A stretch of 64,000 nucleotides of DNA from Bacteroidales bacterium (GCA_038249705.1 JBBSDC010000003.1:766-64765), one strand, 5' to 3'. Numbered from the stretch's first letter, positions 1 to 10,326 are shown. The notes: generated from the letters alone by a model not told the origin. Translations and numbers: made by a program.

Positions 1-300
1 AGTGGATTTACTTGGATGGGAGAAACTCATGATAAAACGACTATATATCATTTAAAGAATGATACCGAGACAATATGGTATGAAAACGAAAGTGAGGAAT
101 ATTCAATGTTTTTAGAAGTAGGCAAAGAAGCCTCAAAAATCTATGAAATTTCATTTATCGACTCGAATAATGATGGCAAAAAGGAAATAGAAGAACATTT
201 GGCTACAGGTATCATAGAAAGTATTGCCAATGATGAACCTAAATTATATTACAAGAAAACAAATCGTGTCCTTAAATTAATCAATGGGAAATATCAATAG
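1..300 (+). CDS. hypothetical protein, C-terminal part (reading frame open to the window edge)
   Basis: The frame of the 16..300 ORF stays open back to base 1 (SGFTW precedes the first Met). The sequence is acidic and Lys/Asn-rich with no motif I recognise. Confidence 0.4.
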   Translation, partial: SGFTWMGETHDKTTIYHLKNDTETIWYENESEEYSMFLEVGKEASKIYEISFIDSNNDGKKEIEEHLATGIIESIANDEPKLYYKKTNRVLKLINGKYQ

Positions 301-518
301 CCTATGCCTACATAAGCTGTGAAAAATGGCATGTGAATCACATAATTGAAAGTATGTAACCCACACTGGCTTTGGATTAAGGTCCAGATTCAAAAAAAAG
401 GACTAATGACTTATTGTTGTGGATTTATAAAACAACGCGAAAGGATTCGCACGGCAACAGGCTAACAACGGACAATTTTACGAAAATTTGATTTTTAGAA
501 CTGCCCTTAAATAAGATT

Positions 519-887
519 TCAATTATACTCCCCCCACGAAAGAAGAATATATATGCATAGCATCAATTCTCTTAGATATGCTATATTGTACGCTTCCAGG
601 TAATTTATTGCCTGAGCTTTATGTACATATTCAATTTTTTCCATAGCTTTTAATTCAAGCATCACACAGCCTTCAACAAAAAAATCTACCCGACGGGTTC
701 CTATATGTTCCTCTCTGTAAAATATAGGCATTTCCATTTCTCGCTTAAAAGATAATCCGTTTAATCTCATTTCAATCGCCAGCGCTCTTTGATAAATAAC
801 TTCCTGAAACCCATTGCCAAGAAAATTATGCACCTGCATGGCACACCCGATAATTCTGCGTGTTATTTCATTTATATCTTCTTTCAT
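519..887 (-). CDS. GxxExxY family protein (PD-(D/E)XK-like fold), with an atypical C-terminus
   Basis: The N-terminus IIGCAMQVHNFLGNGFQEVIYQRAL contains the family-defining G-x-x-E-x-x-Y. RRVDFFVE...LELK is the nuclease-like core. The last ~25 aa (AYLRELMLCIYILLSWGEYN) do not look like the usual GLLINFG ending. Confidence 0.7.
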   Translation of the reverse strand: MKEDINEITRRIIGCAMQVHNFLGNGFQEVIYQRALAIEMRLNGLSFKREMEMPIFYREEHIGTRRVDFFVEGCVMLELKAMEKIEYVHKAQAINYLEAYNIAYLRELMLCIYILLSWGEYN

Positions 888-920
888 AGCTTTATTTATT
901 TAACTCAATTAATCCTGTTT

Positions 921-972
921 ATCATTTAATCTTATTAATCGTGTCAATCATTTAATCTTATCAATCGTGTTC
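921..972. repeat. 2 x 26-bp tandem direct repeat (atcatttaatcttatTaatcgtgtca / atcatttaatcttatCaatcgtgttc)
   Basis: Read directly. The copies are adjacent with 2-3 mismatches and lie 35-85 bp upstream of the GxxExxY start codon. Confidence 0.85.
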
Positions 973-1303
973 GGACAATTGATCTGGCCGGAGCTTCCTA
1001 TAGTGCGCAACGGCTGAATATCCAAATGCAAAGCAATTTAATTCTCAATGAATTATTCAATCATTTACAAATATAATTTAATTCATCTTCCAATCCTCGC
1101 TTAGATATATATAGTATGTATTTTGGCAGTTGATAGATATGAATATATATCATCCAAAATTTTATTAAAGCCCAACCGCTTTCCAAACCCCACCCTCCTA
1201 CTCCCCTCATTTCCTTTAACTTACAAACTAATTTGAAAATAATTTAAAAACTATACCCTATAAACCATGCTTTTCAATAATTTTATAAATCAAAATTATA
1301 CGC

Positions 1304-3505
1304 ATGAACGACATCCGCAAAGAACCGCTTAATACGCTGGGTCACAATTTTATACCCGCCGAATATATCCCCCAGGGCAAGGACGAGTATTACCTCCGTT
1401 ACCTTCAAAATCCCGATAGCAGCCGCTACCGCCAGCTGAATTCACACGAAATTGAGGTGCTGGTGCGGAATAGGAATACCAGCGACAACTGGAATAACTT
1501 ACTTGTTTCGGAAGAGTTTAACCCCGAACTGGTAAAAAACTGCAAATTTTTCGGGCTGGTGCGAATTGGCAAACTTGAATCTTTTTACCTCGAATTCAAC
1601 GATTTGCGTATGCCGGTCGGATTATACAACAGCATTATAATTAATTGTGATTTCGGCGATAATGTGGTGGTTGACAATGTAAATTATATGGCTTACTATA
1701 TAGTTGGTAACGAGGTCATTATCACCAATGTAAATGAATTGTCGACCACCAGCCATGCGAAATTCGGTAATGGAATACTTACCGAAGGCGAAACCGAAGA
1801 TGTACGGGTATGGGTGGAAATTTGCAACGAAAACGCCGGCCGGGCTGTAATTCCGTTCGATGGTATGCTAACAGGCGATGCCTGGCTCTGGAGCCGCGAC
1901 AGGCAAAACAGCGATCTGCAGCGCCGATACCGCGAAATGACTGAGAAAAAATTCAACAATCAGCGTGGATATTATGGTACAATCGGCGACCGGACAGTTA
2001 TTAAAAATTGCAGTATCATCAAAGATGTAAAAGTTGGTTCCGATGCTTACCTGAAAGGTGCCAACAAACTGAAAAACCTTACTATTAATTCAGCACCCGA
2101 AGCCATTACCCAAATCGGCGAAGGATGCGAACTGGTAAATGGAATCGTTGGTAAAGGCTGCCGTATTTTTTACGGTGTGAAAGCAGTTCGTTTTATGCTA
2201 GGGTCCAACTCGCAGCTAAAATATGGTGCACGACTAATTAATTCATTTTTAGGCGATAACGCTACTATTTCGTGTTGCGAGGTTCTGAATTCGCTTATTT
2301 TTCCTGCCCATGAACAACATCATAACAATTCGTTCCTTATCGCTGCTACTATCGAAGGACAGGCGAATATTGCTGCCGGAGCAACTATAGGATCAAATCA
2401 TAACAGCCGTGGCGCTGATGGCGAAATACTGGCCGGAAGAGGTTTTTGGCCTGCACTTTGCACCAGTTTGAAGCACAATTCGCGTTTCGCCCCTTTCACT
2501 ATTTTAACAAAAGCCGATTACCCCGCCGAACTGGATATTCCATTCCCTTTTTCGTTGGTAAGTAACGATGTAGCGAATAACGTATTACTTATCATGCCTG
2601 CTTACTGGCTGAGGTACAACCAGTTTGCTCTTGAACGTAATGCCTGGAAATGTGATGTACGTGATAAACGTTCGGAAAAAACACAATATCTCGAATCGCA
2701 TTACCTGGCTCCTGATACAGTAAATTCGATGTTTAAGTCACTCTATTTGCTCGAATTGCTGGCTGGTAAAGACTTTTGCTCGGTGAACCACGCCGGAAAG
2801 GATTTTTCGGATGCTGAATACCGGAATTTCGGTATCGTGTATCTCACACAGGAAAAGGAAAAACCCGCAGCGCTGACTTTGCTGAAACACGCATTTGAAA
2901 ATGGCAACCGCCCTGTCAAAATCCTTAAACCTGCCGAAGCCTATAAGTCGTACAAGGATTATATAAAGTATTACGCTTTCGATCATATTATTGATCATTG
3001 CAGGAGGAATCCGAGGCTTACAAAGGATGATACTATGACGTTGCTGAATTCCAAAAGCGAAATGCAGCAATTCGAAAATGTTGGCGGACAGATGATTCCT
3101 ACTGATGAGCTCGGAATTCTGAAACAAAAAATCGAATCGTACGAAGTGATAAGCTGGCAGCAAGTTCATGAGTTTTATGCTGCTCAGGGCAAAGCTTATG
3201 CTGGTCAAAAACTGAACCACGCTATTGCATCTTTACAGGAAATCAATAATGGCAAGCCTTTCGACGTTGCTTACCTGGGAGAAATGCTTGATTGGTATCT
3301 GAATTTCCGCAAGTACCTGTTGGCTGAAATCCGTCATTCGCGGCAAAAAGATTATGAAAATCCTTTCCGTCAGATGCTTTATGCCGATATGAAAGAAATG
3401 GAAGCGGTAATCGGTAAGCTCGACAAAACACCTTTTATTGTTCAGCAACAGGAGAAACTGAAAAAAGATCTGGTTTTTATTATGGAATTAAAAACCAGGC
3501 TATGA
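1304..3505 (+). CDS. DUF4954-like left-handed beta-helix protein
   Basis: 733 aa. The N-terminal SDNWNNLLVSEEFNPELVKNCKFFGLVRIG and the hexapeptide-like repeats (NIAAGATIGSNHNSRGADGE) match my memory of Bacteroidetes DUF4954 proteins. Confidence 0.6.
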   Translation: MNDIRKEPLNTLGHNFIPAEYIPQGKDEYYLRYLQNPDSSRYRQLNSHEIEVLVRNRNTSDNWNNLLVSEEFNPELVKNCKFFGLVRIGKLESFYLEFNDLRMPVGLYNSIIINCDFGDNVVVDNVNYMAYYIVGNEVIITNVNELSTTSHAKFGNGILTEGETEDVRVWVEICNENAGRAVIPFDGMLTGDAWLWSRDRQNSDLQRRYREMTEKKFNNQRGYYGTIGDRTVIKNCSIIKDVKVGSDAYLKGANKLKNLTINSAPEAITQIGEGCELVNGIVGKGCRIFYGVKAVRFMLGSNSQLKYGARLINSFLGDNATISCCEVLNSLIFPAHEQHHNNSFLIAATIEGQANIAAGATIGSNHNSRGADGEILAGRGFWPALCTSLKHNSRFAPFTILTKADYPAELDIPFPFSLVSNDVANNVLLIMPAYWLRYNQFALERNAWKCDVRDKRSEKTQYLESHYLAPDTVNSMFKSLYLLELLAGKDFCSVNHAGKDFSDAEYRNFGIVYLTQEKEKPAALTLLKHAFENGNRPVKILKPAEAYKSYKDYIKYYAFDHIIDHCRRNPRLTKDDTMTLLNSKSEMQQFENVGGQMIPTDELGILKQKIESYEVISWQQVHEFYAAQGKAYAGQKLNHAIASLQEINNGKPFDVAYLGEMLDWYLNFRKYLLAEIRHSRQKDYENPFRQMLYADMKEMEAVIGKLDKTPFIVQQQEKLKKDLVFIMELKTRL

Positions 3506-3559
3506 ATTGTGGAATAACTGCTGATATTTTTTCACGACAGTGTTCACTTAATCAGATTT

Positions 3560-5125
3560 TTAATCCTTAACTCTTCGTAAATCCAGATCCTGAAAATCGA
3601 AACTGAAATCGATGTTGGGAGATATACCTTTCATGCGGATGCTCTGGGCTTTGCCTTCTTCATCCAAACTAAAAATGGCGAAAGCGTCGGCATTCATATC
3701 CTGGTATTCCCATTTAATGGCGAAGGAGTTCCCTTTATAAAAGCTCATCGGGCCATTGAGTTTTGGCGAACGGAACGATTTGATCCAGAGCTGATTATCC
3801 TTCACAAAAACCTCCATCTTTCCGAACCACTTATCTTCGTATATACCTGTATAGTCAACGGTTTTGATATGCGAATGATCAGCGGTTTTAACTGTTTCCC
3901 AAACTGTCATAGTTACAGAATCGCCTGCACTCTCGTTGGCCTGATAACGCTTATAATAGGTTTCGAGCCAATCGAAATTATCAAGCCCAAGGTAGCTGTC
4001 TAAAATAGATTGTGTAACGACAGTAAACAATGCACCGCCACCGTTTTCTGTATTTGTTAATACTACAACACCCAAATTAAGGTCCGGAATCATAATGGTT
4101 TTCGAAAGCATTCCCGGCAAACCGCCTGTGTGCGAAACACTTAAATTACCTTTAACATCAATTAAACCCCAGCCTAAACCATAACCAGCAAAATGCGAAT
4201 TATAGCGTGGATTTTGATTCATATTGGTCGTAGTATGGATTTTCCACATTTCGTTTTGGCTGGCGCGGGTAAAAAGTTGTTTTTCCAAATCCGGACCATA
4301 TTTTCCCTTGTTCAGATGCACTAACATCCAGTTGCTTAAATCGTTTACATTAGAGATAATTCCACCGGCAGCTCCGTTAATCATCTCCTGATAAAGTGGG
4401 ATTTGCCTTATTGTTCCGGTTCCTGTTGAATGCGGCATGGCCATATTGCTTTTATCTTTCATTTTCGAAAGTGCACTATAGGTATTATCCATTTGTAGCG
4501 GTTCAAGGATTCTTTTGCTGATAAAATCTTCCCAGCTCATGCCACTTATCCTTGCAATTACTTCACCGGCAACCAGATAGAGTAAATTATCATAATCAAA
4601 TTTAGTCCTGAATGCCGAAACCGGTTCAAAGTGCTGAAAATTTGATAAAATATCTTTCATTGTAAAGTCCGATCCGTCAGGAAAAAACATCAGATCGCCT
4701 GCCCCTAGCCCAAGTCCGCTGCGGTGTGTTAGCAAATCCTGAATATTGAAATTGGCGGTAACGTATTCGTTGTACATGGTAAATTCAGGGATATATTTAA
4801 CCACCTTATCGTTCCACGACAGTTTGCCTTCTTCAACCAGAATTGCAAGTGCGGCAGTTGTAAAAGCTTTGCTATTTGAGGCAATCTCAAAATTAGTATG
4901 CTCATTAACAGGCTTTTTCGTTTCAACAGATTTTACACCATACCCTTTTTGATGAACAATTTTTCCATCCTTTACAATAGCTACGGCCACTCCGGCAACA
5001 TTAAACTTGGCCATAGATTTTTCGACCAGCTGATCCACTTCGGCGGATGATATCTGAGCTATCGCTGTGCTGTGAATGATTATGGCTGCTAACAGAAACG
5101 AAATGACAATTCCGATTTTTTTCAT
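3560..5125 (-). CDS. secreted serine hydrolase, beta-lactamase/PBP4-like family with a C-terminal lipocalin-like (DUF3471-type) domain
   Basis: It has a signal peptide (MKKIGIVISFLLAAIIIHSTAIAQ), an SxxK motif (SNSKAF), a YxN motif (YDN) and an HTGG-type third motif (SHTGGLPG). Confidence 0.8.
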   Translation of the reverse strand: MKKIGIVISFLLAAIIIHSTAIAQISSAEVDQLVEKSMAKFNVAGVAVAIVKDGKIVHQKGYGVKSVETKKPVNEHTNFEIASNSKAFTTAALAILVEEGKLSWNDKVVKYIPEFTMYNEYVTANFNIQDLLTHRSGLGLGAGDLMFFPDGSDFTMKDILSNFQHFEPVSAFRTKFDYDNLLYLVAGEVIARISGMSWEDFISKRILEPLQMDNTYSALSKMKDKSNMAMPHSTGTGTIRQIPLYQEMINGAAGGIISNVNDLSNWMLVHLNKGKYGPDLEKQLFTRASQNEMWKIHTTTNMNQNPRYNSHFAGYGLGWGLIDVKGNLSVSHTGGLPGMLSKTIMIPDLNLGVVVLTNTENGGGALFTVVTQSILDSYLGLDNFDWLETYYKRYQANESAGDSVTMTVWETVKTADHSHIKTVDYTGIYEDKWFGKMEVFVKDNQLWIKSFRSPKLNGPMSFYKGNSFAIKWEYQDMNADAFAIFSLDEEGKAQSIRMKGISPNIDFSFDFQDLDLRRVKD

Positions 5126-5183
5126 GTGGATGGATATTAGTTGTTAGGTTGGTATTGATTTGATGAGAGTTTGTGAAGATTGC

Positions 5184-5191
5184 CAAAGATA
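5184..5191 (-). promoter_or_regulatory. candidate Bacteroidetes -7 promoter box (TATCTTTG)
   Basis: Exact TAnnTTTG on the minus strand, 59 nt upstream of the serine hydrolase ATG. Confidence 0.35.
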
Positions 5192-5288
5192 GGAAATCCA
5201 ATGAAATTAGGGATACCTGCCATAATTAACTGTAAGCCAAATCTCAAAAAGCAGGCTCCTCACTTCATTTTGAATTAACAAAAAAACA

Positions 5289-7352
5289 TTACGGACTGAA
5301 ATCGAAGCGCAATCCAAAAAAAATGTGACGAGGCAATCCCGGGTAATAGTAACGCGGCTCATTATTGCCAAATGCTACTGCATTTACAACCAGCATGGAA
5401 GCATAGCGGGTGTCGCTCAAGTTATTAACACCAGCATAAAAACGAAGAATCCCTGTTTTGTAAACAGGCAGTTTGGCTGAAATTTTTAAATCAGCAATAA
5501 AATAACGTGGATAGTCCAAAGAGTTTTTATCGGTAAGATATTGATCGCCAAAATACTGAAAGTTAGCGAATACCTCAAGCGAAGAAATTGGGCTCCATGT
5601 AAATTGCAGCAGTAAAGTTTGCGCCGGAATACCTGGTAAATCGTTGCCATCATACGAATTCCCATCATCGGAAAAATCAACAAAACGGTTTCGGGAAACA
5701 GTACCACTTAAATTGGATGTTAACTTGCCGGGGAAATGTGGCTTGTCGAAAAACCGGTTTTTCAACATAATTTCTATTCCATTATGACGTGTTTTCCCTG
5801 CGTTTGTACCTATAAAAATATCTTCGGTCACACGCTTGGTTACAAGCAAGTTATTGAGTTCTATCCAGTATAAAGCGATATCCAGTTCAAAGGCTTTATC
5901 ATAAAAATTTATGCGGGTGCCAATTTCATACTGGTATCCTTGTTCGGGCTTTATATCCGGATTTACATCTCCAGCAGGCAATAAAGTTTCCTCCGGCGAA
6001 GGAAGTGAAAATCCATGTCCGGCCGATGCAAACACCGCCAAATGTTTATTGGGAGCATAATTGATACCAATCCGTGGAGAAAAGATAAGAGGAAATTCTC
6101 TCGCGCCTCTCTGATCGCCATTGGTACTATAAAGATCGGTAAGCTTGTAGCTGATATGATTTGCGGCAGCAGCAAATGAAATACTCAGCTTACTGAGCGG
6201 CCGGTAATTACTTATTGCAAAAACATTGATCTGGTTGCGATTTTCGCGATTTTGGTTTACCAGGTTATCAGCCTTATCGAGTTTCCATTTGTACTGTTCA
6301 GTAATTATCTCGGTTCCAGCAACCAAATCCATCCTGTCAAAATAAAATGTCGCTTTTTCACGAATTCCTGCCGACATCACCTTGTCAGTCAAGTTGTTGA
6401 ACGGACGTTTTTCATATCCATCGTACCATTTACCAAAGACAGTAAACCGGTTAACAACCCTTTTCCGGATTTTGGTAACTACATTAATACCGGTCAAAAC
6501 TTTGCTGTACTTTTTATATCCACCTACTTCGAGCCAAGCAGCGGCAGCAGCTTCCGGATTATTTTCGAACTGAGTTTTACCCAACGAACTCGGGATTCCT
6601 GCATCAGTACTAATCACCATCAACAGGGGATTTATCTCCCAAAATTTATTTTTCCATTGCCCGGTGGAAAGGAATGAAGTTCGCTTATAGTGATTATTCT
6701 CACGGTATCCATCGGATTGTAGATGACCCAGACTGGCCCATAATGAATTGTTACTCTTATTAATTGTTCCCGAAAGATGAGTGTTCCAGGTATTGAAATT
6801 TCCATAAGTAGTATTCGCACCGATTTCACTTACCGATTTCGAAGGAGTGTAAATGTTTATAGCACCTCCAAATCCGGAACCATAAATTGCGGATGCAGGT
6901 CCTTTTATCACTTCCAATCGTCCGATACTCTGAATATCAATATCTTCGGGCGACGAAACACCATCGGAAGAAGTAAGAGGCATATCGTTCAGGTAGAATC
7001 GGATGCGGTTGGTATTGTAAGGAGTGCGGCTGCCCATTCCACGAATTACAATGCGGTTGGTCGCAAAAGTTCCGCTTTGTATGGTAATGCCGGGAATTGA
7101 ATTGAGTGCTTCTTTCAGGCTTGTGCCATCAGAAATATTTATTCCTTTGGGAGTCAGCAAAGAAATACTGCCAGGAATATGGTGGAAATCAGCGGTAAAC
7201 TGGTATGATTCTATCTTTACTTCACCGAGTAAAATAACTGAATCAGGCTCCCTGTCAGCTGCAGACGGATTGCCTGTTTCCTGAGCATTTCCTTTTACTT
7301 CGGTTATAATAAATAGCAGACTGATAATATACAACCGCAGGAATTTGATCAT
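5289..7352 (-). CDS. TonB-dependent outer-membrane receptor (no SusD partner)
   Basis: It has a signal peptide, a plug domain (IESYQF...VIKGPASAIYGSGFGGAINIYT) and a C-terminal beta-barrel ending GLRFDF. Confidence 0.85.
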   Translation of the reverse strand: MIKFLRLYIISLLFIITEVKGNAQETGNPSAADREPDSVILLGEVKIESYQFTADFHHIPGSISLLTPKGINISDGTSLKEALNSIPGITIQSGTFATNRIVIRGMGSRTPYNTNRIRFYLNDMPLTSSDGVSSPEDIDIQSIGRLEVIKGPASAIYGSGFGGAINIYTPSKSVSEIGANTTYGNFNTWNTHLSGTINKSNNSLWASLGHLQSDGYRENNHYKRTSFLSTGQWKNKFWEINPLLMVISTDAGIPSSLGKTQFENNPEAAAAAWLEVGGYKKYSKVLTGINVVTKIRKRVVNRFTVFGKWYDGYEKRPFNNLTDKVMSAGIREKATFYFDRMDLVAGTEIITEQYKWKLDKADNLVNQNRENRNQINVFAISNYRPLSKLSISFAAAANHISYKLTDLYSTNGDQRGAREFPLIFSPRIGINYAPNKHLAVFASAGHGFSLPSPEETLLPAGDVNPDIKPEQGYQYEIGTRINFYDKAFELDIALYWIELNNLLVTKRVTEDIFIGTNAGKTRHNGIEIMLKNRFFDKPHFPGKLTSNLSGTVSRNRFVDFSDDGNSYDGNDLPGIPAQTLLLQFTWSPISSLEVFANFQYFGDQYLTDKNSLDYPRYFIADLKISAKLPVYKTGILRFYAGVNNLSDTRYASMLVVNAVAFGNNEPRYYYPGLPRHIFFGLRFDFSP

Positions 7353-7458
7353 ACTCGATGCTCTGATTGTTTAAACTGATTTTTTTATACCCAATAAGTT
7401 AAAAATTTCGGGGTTCAGAATTCAAAGACCGAATTCCACGGAAATTTAAACTTCTGAA

Positions 7459-8904
7459 TTACTGCTTGCTCACTTTACCTTCAACGGGCATTAAACGTAC
7501 AATTTTTCCCGGACTTTCGATGGCAACATAAATCAATCCTTCGGGGCTGACTACCACATTTCTAACACGGCCAATTCCGGTTAAAAGTTTTTCGGTATGC
7601 ATGACTGAATGCTCGTTTACAACAACTCTTTCAATATATTTAAAACGTAATGACCCAACAAACAGGTTATTATGCCAGTTTTTGTAGCGGTCGCCGGTTA
7701 GGAAAGTCATGCCACAGGGAGCAATTGAAGGATTCCAGTAAAAAACTGGTTGCTCCATTCCTTCTTTTTCGGTTAGCTCAGTTATAACACTTCCATCGTA
7801 ATCGATACCATAACTGATAACAGGCCAGCCATAGTTTTTTCCGGGTTCGATGAGGTTAATTTCGTCACCTCCGCGTGGTCCATGCTCACTAACCCAAAGT
7901 TCGTTGGTAAGCGGATTTATACACGTTCCCTGCGGATTGCGGTGCCCATAACTGTATATGGAAGGCAAAGCACCTTTAGTGTTTACAAACGGATTATCTT
8001 TTGGAATGGAGCCATCATCGTTAATACGGTGTATTTTACCGTTTGCATTGTCGAGTTTCTGAGGAAAATCGAAATGCTGTCCGCGGTCGCCGATACCGAA
8101 AAACAAGTGCCCGTTTTTATCAAAAGCAAGTTTGCTGCCGAAATGATGTTGCTTGTACGTATTCGGATTACCTTTAAATATCACTTGCTGATCAACCAGT
8201 TTGTTCCCTTCAAGCCTTGCACGCATAATTGCTGTATTACCAAATGATTTGATTACTTTAGAGTCCAAAGCACTGTACGACATGTAAATCCATCCGTTCT
8301 TTTTGTAATCAGGATGCAGGCATACATCAAGTAAACCTCCCTGTCCGACTGCCATAATATCGGGTAAACCTTCGATAGGAGCTGAAAGTTTTCCGTTTGC
8401 AAACCGGTATAATATGCCGGAGCGCTCTGTAATAAGCAGATCGCCATTGGGCAAAAATGCAAGTCCCCAGGGTATATCTAATCCTGTAACAACGGTATCC
8501 ACAATAAATTGCTGTACTTCGCTTTCAATAAGCCCGGCTACAGTAACTGCTGGCTTCAACAGACTTTTATCTGCAGGAATACCTTTTTTTACATATGTGG
8601 CAAGGGCTTCAAGTTGGTCATCCGAAAATGTTTTAGCGAACGAAGGCATTCCCATATTCTCAATGCCATCCTTAATACTTTTTACAGCGGATGAGTTGTC
8701 TTTTTCATCCATCCATTTTTTGGCTGCAAATTTTTCGAGATTTTCGCCATGGCAACCGGCACAATAGGTCTGGTAATTTCGGGCAGCATCATTACTAACA
8801 ACTGCTTTTGGCACATCAGGCTTATGCTTTATGCATGTAGAGCCTATAAGTCCTAAGGAAACCAGCACTAATGTAAATGCTGCTAAAATATAAATCCGTT
8901 TCAT
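7459..8904 (-). CDS. cytochrome c domain fused to a PQQ-dependent (soluble glucose/sorbosone dehydrogenase family) sugar dehydrogenase
   Basis: The N-terminus has a signal peptide and the CAGCH haem-binding motif, with a downstream Met (MGMPSF). The rest is a six-bladed propeller typical of GDH-B/PF07995 (GLAFLPNGDLLITER, YSYGHRNPQG, GPRGGDEIN). Confidence 0.8.
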   Translation of the reverse strand: MKRIYILAAFTLVLVSLGLIGSTCIKHKPDVPKAVVSNDAARNYQTYCAGCHGENLEKFAAKKWMDEKDNSSAVKSIKDGIENMGMPSFAKTFSDDQLEALATYVKKGIPADKSLLKPAVTVAGLIESEVQQFIVDTVVTGLDIPWGLAFLPNGDLLITERSGILYRFANGKLSAPIEGLPDIMAVGQGGLLDVCLHPDYKKNGWIYMSYSALDSKVIKSFGNTAIMRARLEGNKLVDQQVIFKGNPNTYKQHHFGSKLAFDKNGHLFFGIGDRGQHFDFPQKLDNANGKIHRINDDGSIPKDNPFVNTKGALPSIYSYGHRNPQGTCINPLTNELWVSEHGPRGGDEINLIEPGKNYGWPVISYGIDYDGSVITELTEKEGMEQPVFYWNPSIAPCGMTFLTGDRYKNWHNNLFVGSLRFKYIERVVVNEHSVMHTEKLLTGIGRVRNVVVSPEGLIYVAIESPGKIVRLMPVEGKVSKQ

Positions 8905-9168
8905 GCTATTTCAGATTAAAATTTTAATACCGAGTGAATTAAACGTAAATATAATCATGTTTGTTCTGAAATGAAATAAAGTAAGAGAATAATTTGGTAG
9001 TATCAGATATTAAAACAGTGACTGACAAATTAAGCCAGATAATAACCAAATCATTTACAATATGTTAGACTTAAAAATGGAATTCTTTTAACACTTATCA
9101 CGTACAGGAGTTTAAACCTTTAGCTGCAATTGATTGTTAGACACAACATCATCGCCAAACTTATTACA

Positions 9169-9669
9169 ATGCGGGTAATTACTCTTTTTCTGTTTTCTGT
9201 TTTACTTTTCTGTCAAAATGTGTTTGCACAGGCAGGGAAGGAAAAGCCCGTTCAGGTCGTAAATTTCGACCAGCTTGAGCCGCATCTGCATCATAATAAT
9301 GATACTGTTTATCTTATAAATTTCTGGGCCACGTGGTGTGCGCCTTGTATAAAAGAATTACCCGCCATAAAAGCAGTGGAAGAAAAGTATGCGAACGAAA
9401 AATTTAAAGTATTGCTCGTTAGCCTCGATTTGCCCAATGAACTTTCGAGCAGGCTGCAGCCTTTTATAAAATCAAAAAATATAACTTCCGATGTTATATT
9501 GCTCAACGACCCGAACCAGAACCGATGGATCAATAAAGTTGATCCTGACTGGTCGGGAGAAATACCTTTTACTTTAATCTATGGGAAACATTTCAGAGAA
9601 TCGTATTCGCGCACATTCACTTTCGAAGAACTTGATTCAATTATTAACCTAAAACTAAATTTACCATGA
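9169..9669 (+). CDS. TlpA-like thiol:disulfide oxidoreductase (thioredoxin fold)
   Basis: It has a WATWCAPC active site and a signal peptide starting at the internal ATG (MRVITLFLFSVLLFCQNVFAQ). The 9130 TTG extension is rejected. Confidence 0.75.
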   Translation: MRVITLFLFSVLLFCQNVFAQAGKEKPVQVVNFDQLEPHLHHNNDTVYLINFWATWCAPCIKELPAIKAVEEKYANEKFKVLLVSLDLPNELSSRLQPFIKSKNITSDVILLNDPNQNRWINKVDPDWSGEIPFTLIYGKHFRESYSRTFTFEELDSIINLKLNLP

Positions 9670-10274
9670 AAATTGTCATAACAATCATCTTCATTTCGCT
9701 GTTCTCACTTTCATCTGCATTTTCGCAAGGATACAATGTAGGCGATAAAGCAACCGGGTTTAAACTTAAAAACATCGATGGAAAACTGGTTTCTCTCAGC
9801 GATTACCCTGATGCGAAGGGATTTACAGTAATATTTACATGCAATCATTGTCCATATGCCATTGCATACCAGGATCGGATAATTGAAATTGACAAAAAGT
9901 ACAAACCGAAAGGCTATCCTGTGATTGCAATCAGTTCAAATGATCCAGAATTTAATGCAGAGGATTCGTATGAAAATATGATTGTACGTGCAAAGGAAAA
10001 GGGTTACACTTTTCCATATTTGTTCGACGAAACACAGGCCGTTTGTTTAAATTATGGAGCAAAACGCACTCCACAAGTATTCTTACTGCAAAAAACAGGA
10101 AATGACCTGATAGTGCAATATACAGGAGCTATTGATGATAATTACCAGGATGCTGCCGCTGTTACTTCACCTTTCCTTGCTAACGCTATTGATGCATTAC
10201 TTGCAGGCAAAAAGCCTGAACCCTCAGCAACCAAGGCTATTGGCTGCTCAATTAAGATGAAACAAGCTAAGTAA
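9666..10274 (+). CDS. secreted thioredoxin-fold/AhpC-TSA-like redoxin
   Basis: It has a signal peptide and a CxxC motif (FTCNHCPY). Its start overlaps the upstream stop (ATGA), which implies translational coupling. Confidence 0.7.
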   Translation: MKIVITIIFISLFSLSSAFSQGYNVGDKATGFKLKNIDGKLVSLSDYPDAKGFTVIFTCNHCPYAIAYQDRIIEIDKKYKPKGYPVIAISSNDPEFNAEDSYENMIVRAKEKGYTFPYLFDETQAVCLNYGAKRTPQVFLLQKTGNDLIVQYTGAIDDNYQDAAAVTSPFLANAIDALLAGKKPEPSATKAIGCSIKMKQAK

Positions 10275-10295
10275 TTGATGAATTATTAACGTAAA

Positions 10296-10326
10296 AGAGG
10301 CTCTCAGACTGAGGCCTCTTTTTTTT
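10296..10326 (+). terminator. rho-independent terminator
   Basis: agaggc / gcctct stem followed by a T8 run, directly after the redoxin stop. Confidence 0.7.

Noticed and set aside
1183-1206. C-rich tract (ccaaaccccaccctcctactcccc) in an otherwise AT-rich spacer. On the minus strand it is G-rich and could in principle form a G-quadruplex.
   Set aside because: The G-runs are short and irregular. It is a single occurrence with no supporting context, so it is only a compositional curiosity.
7353-7458. Looked for a cobalamin or other riboswitch upstream of the TonB-dependent receptor. A TTCAGAA...TTCTGAA inverted repeat with GAATTC sites was noted.
   Set aside because: The spacer is only ~105 bp and lacks a B12-box. 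The inverted repeat has a 7-bp AT-rich stem with a long loop. It may be a weak terminator of the upstream dehydrogenase gene, but the evidence is insufficient to call it.
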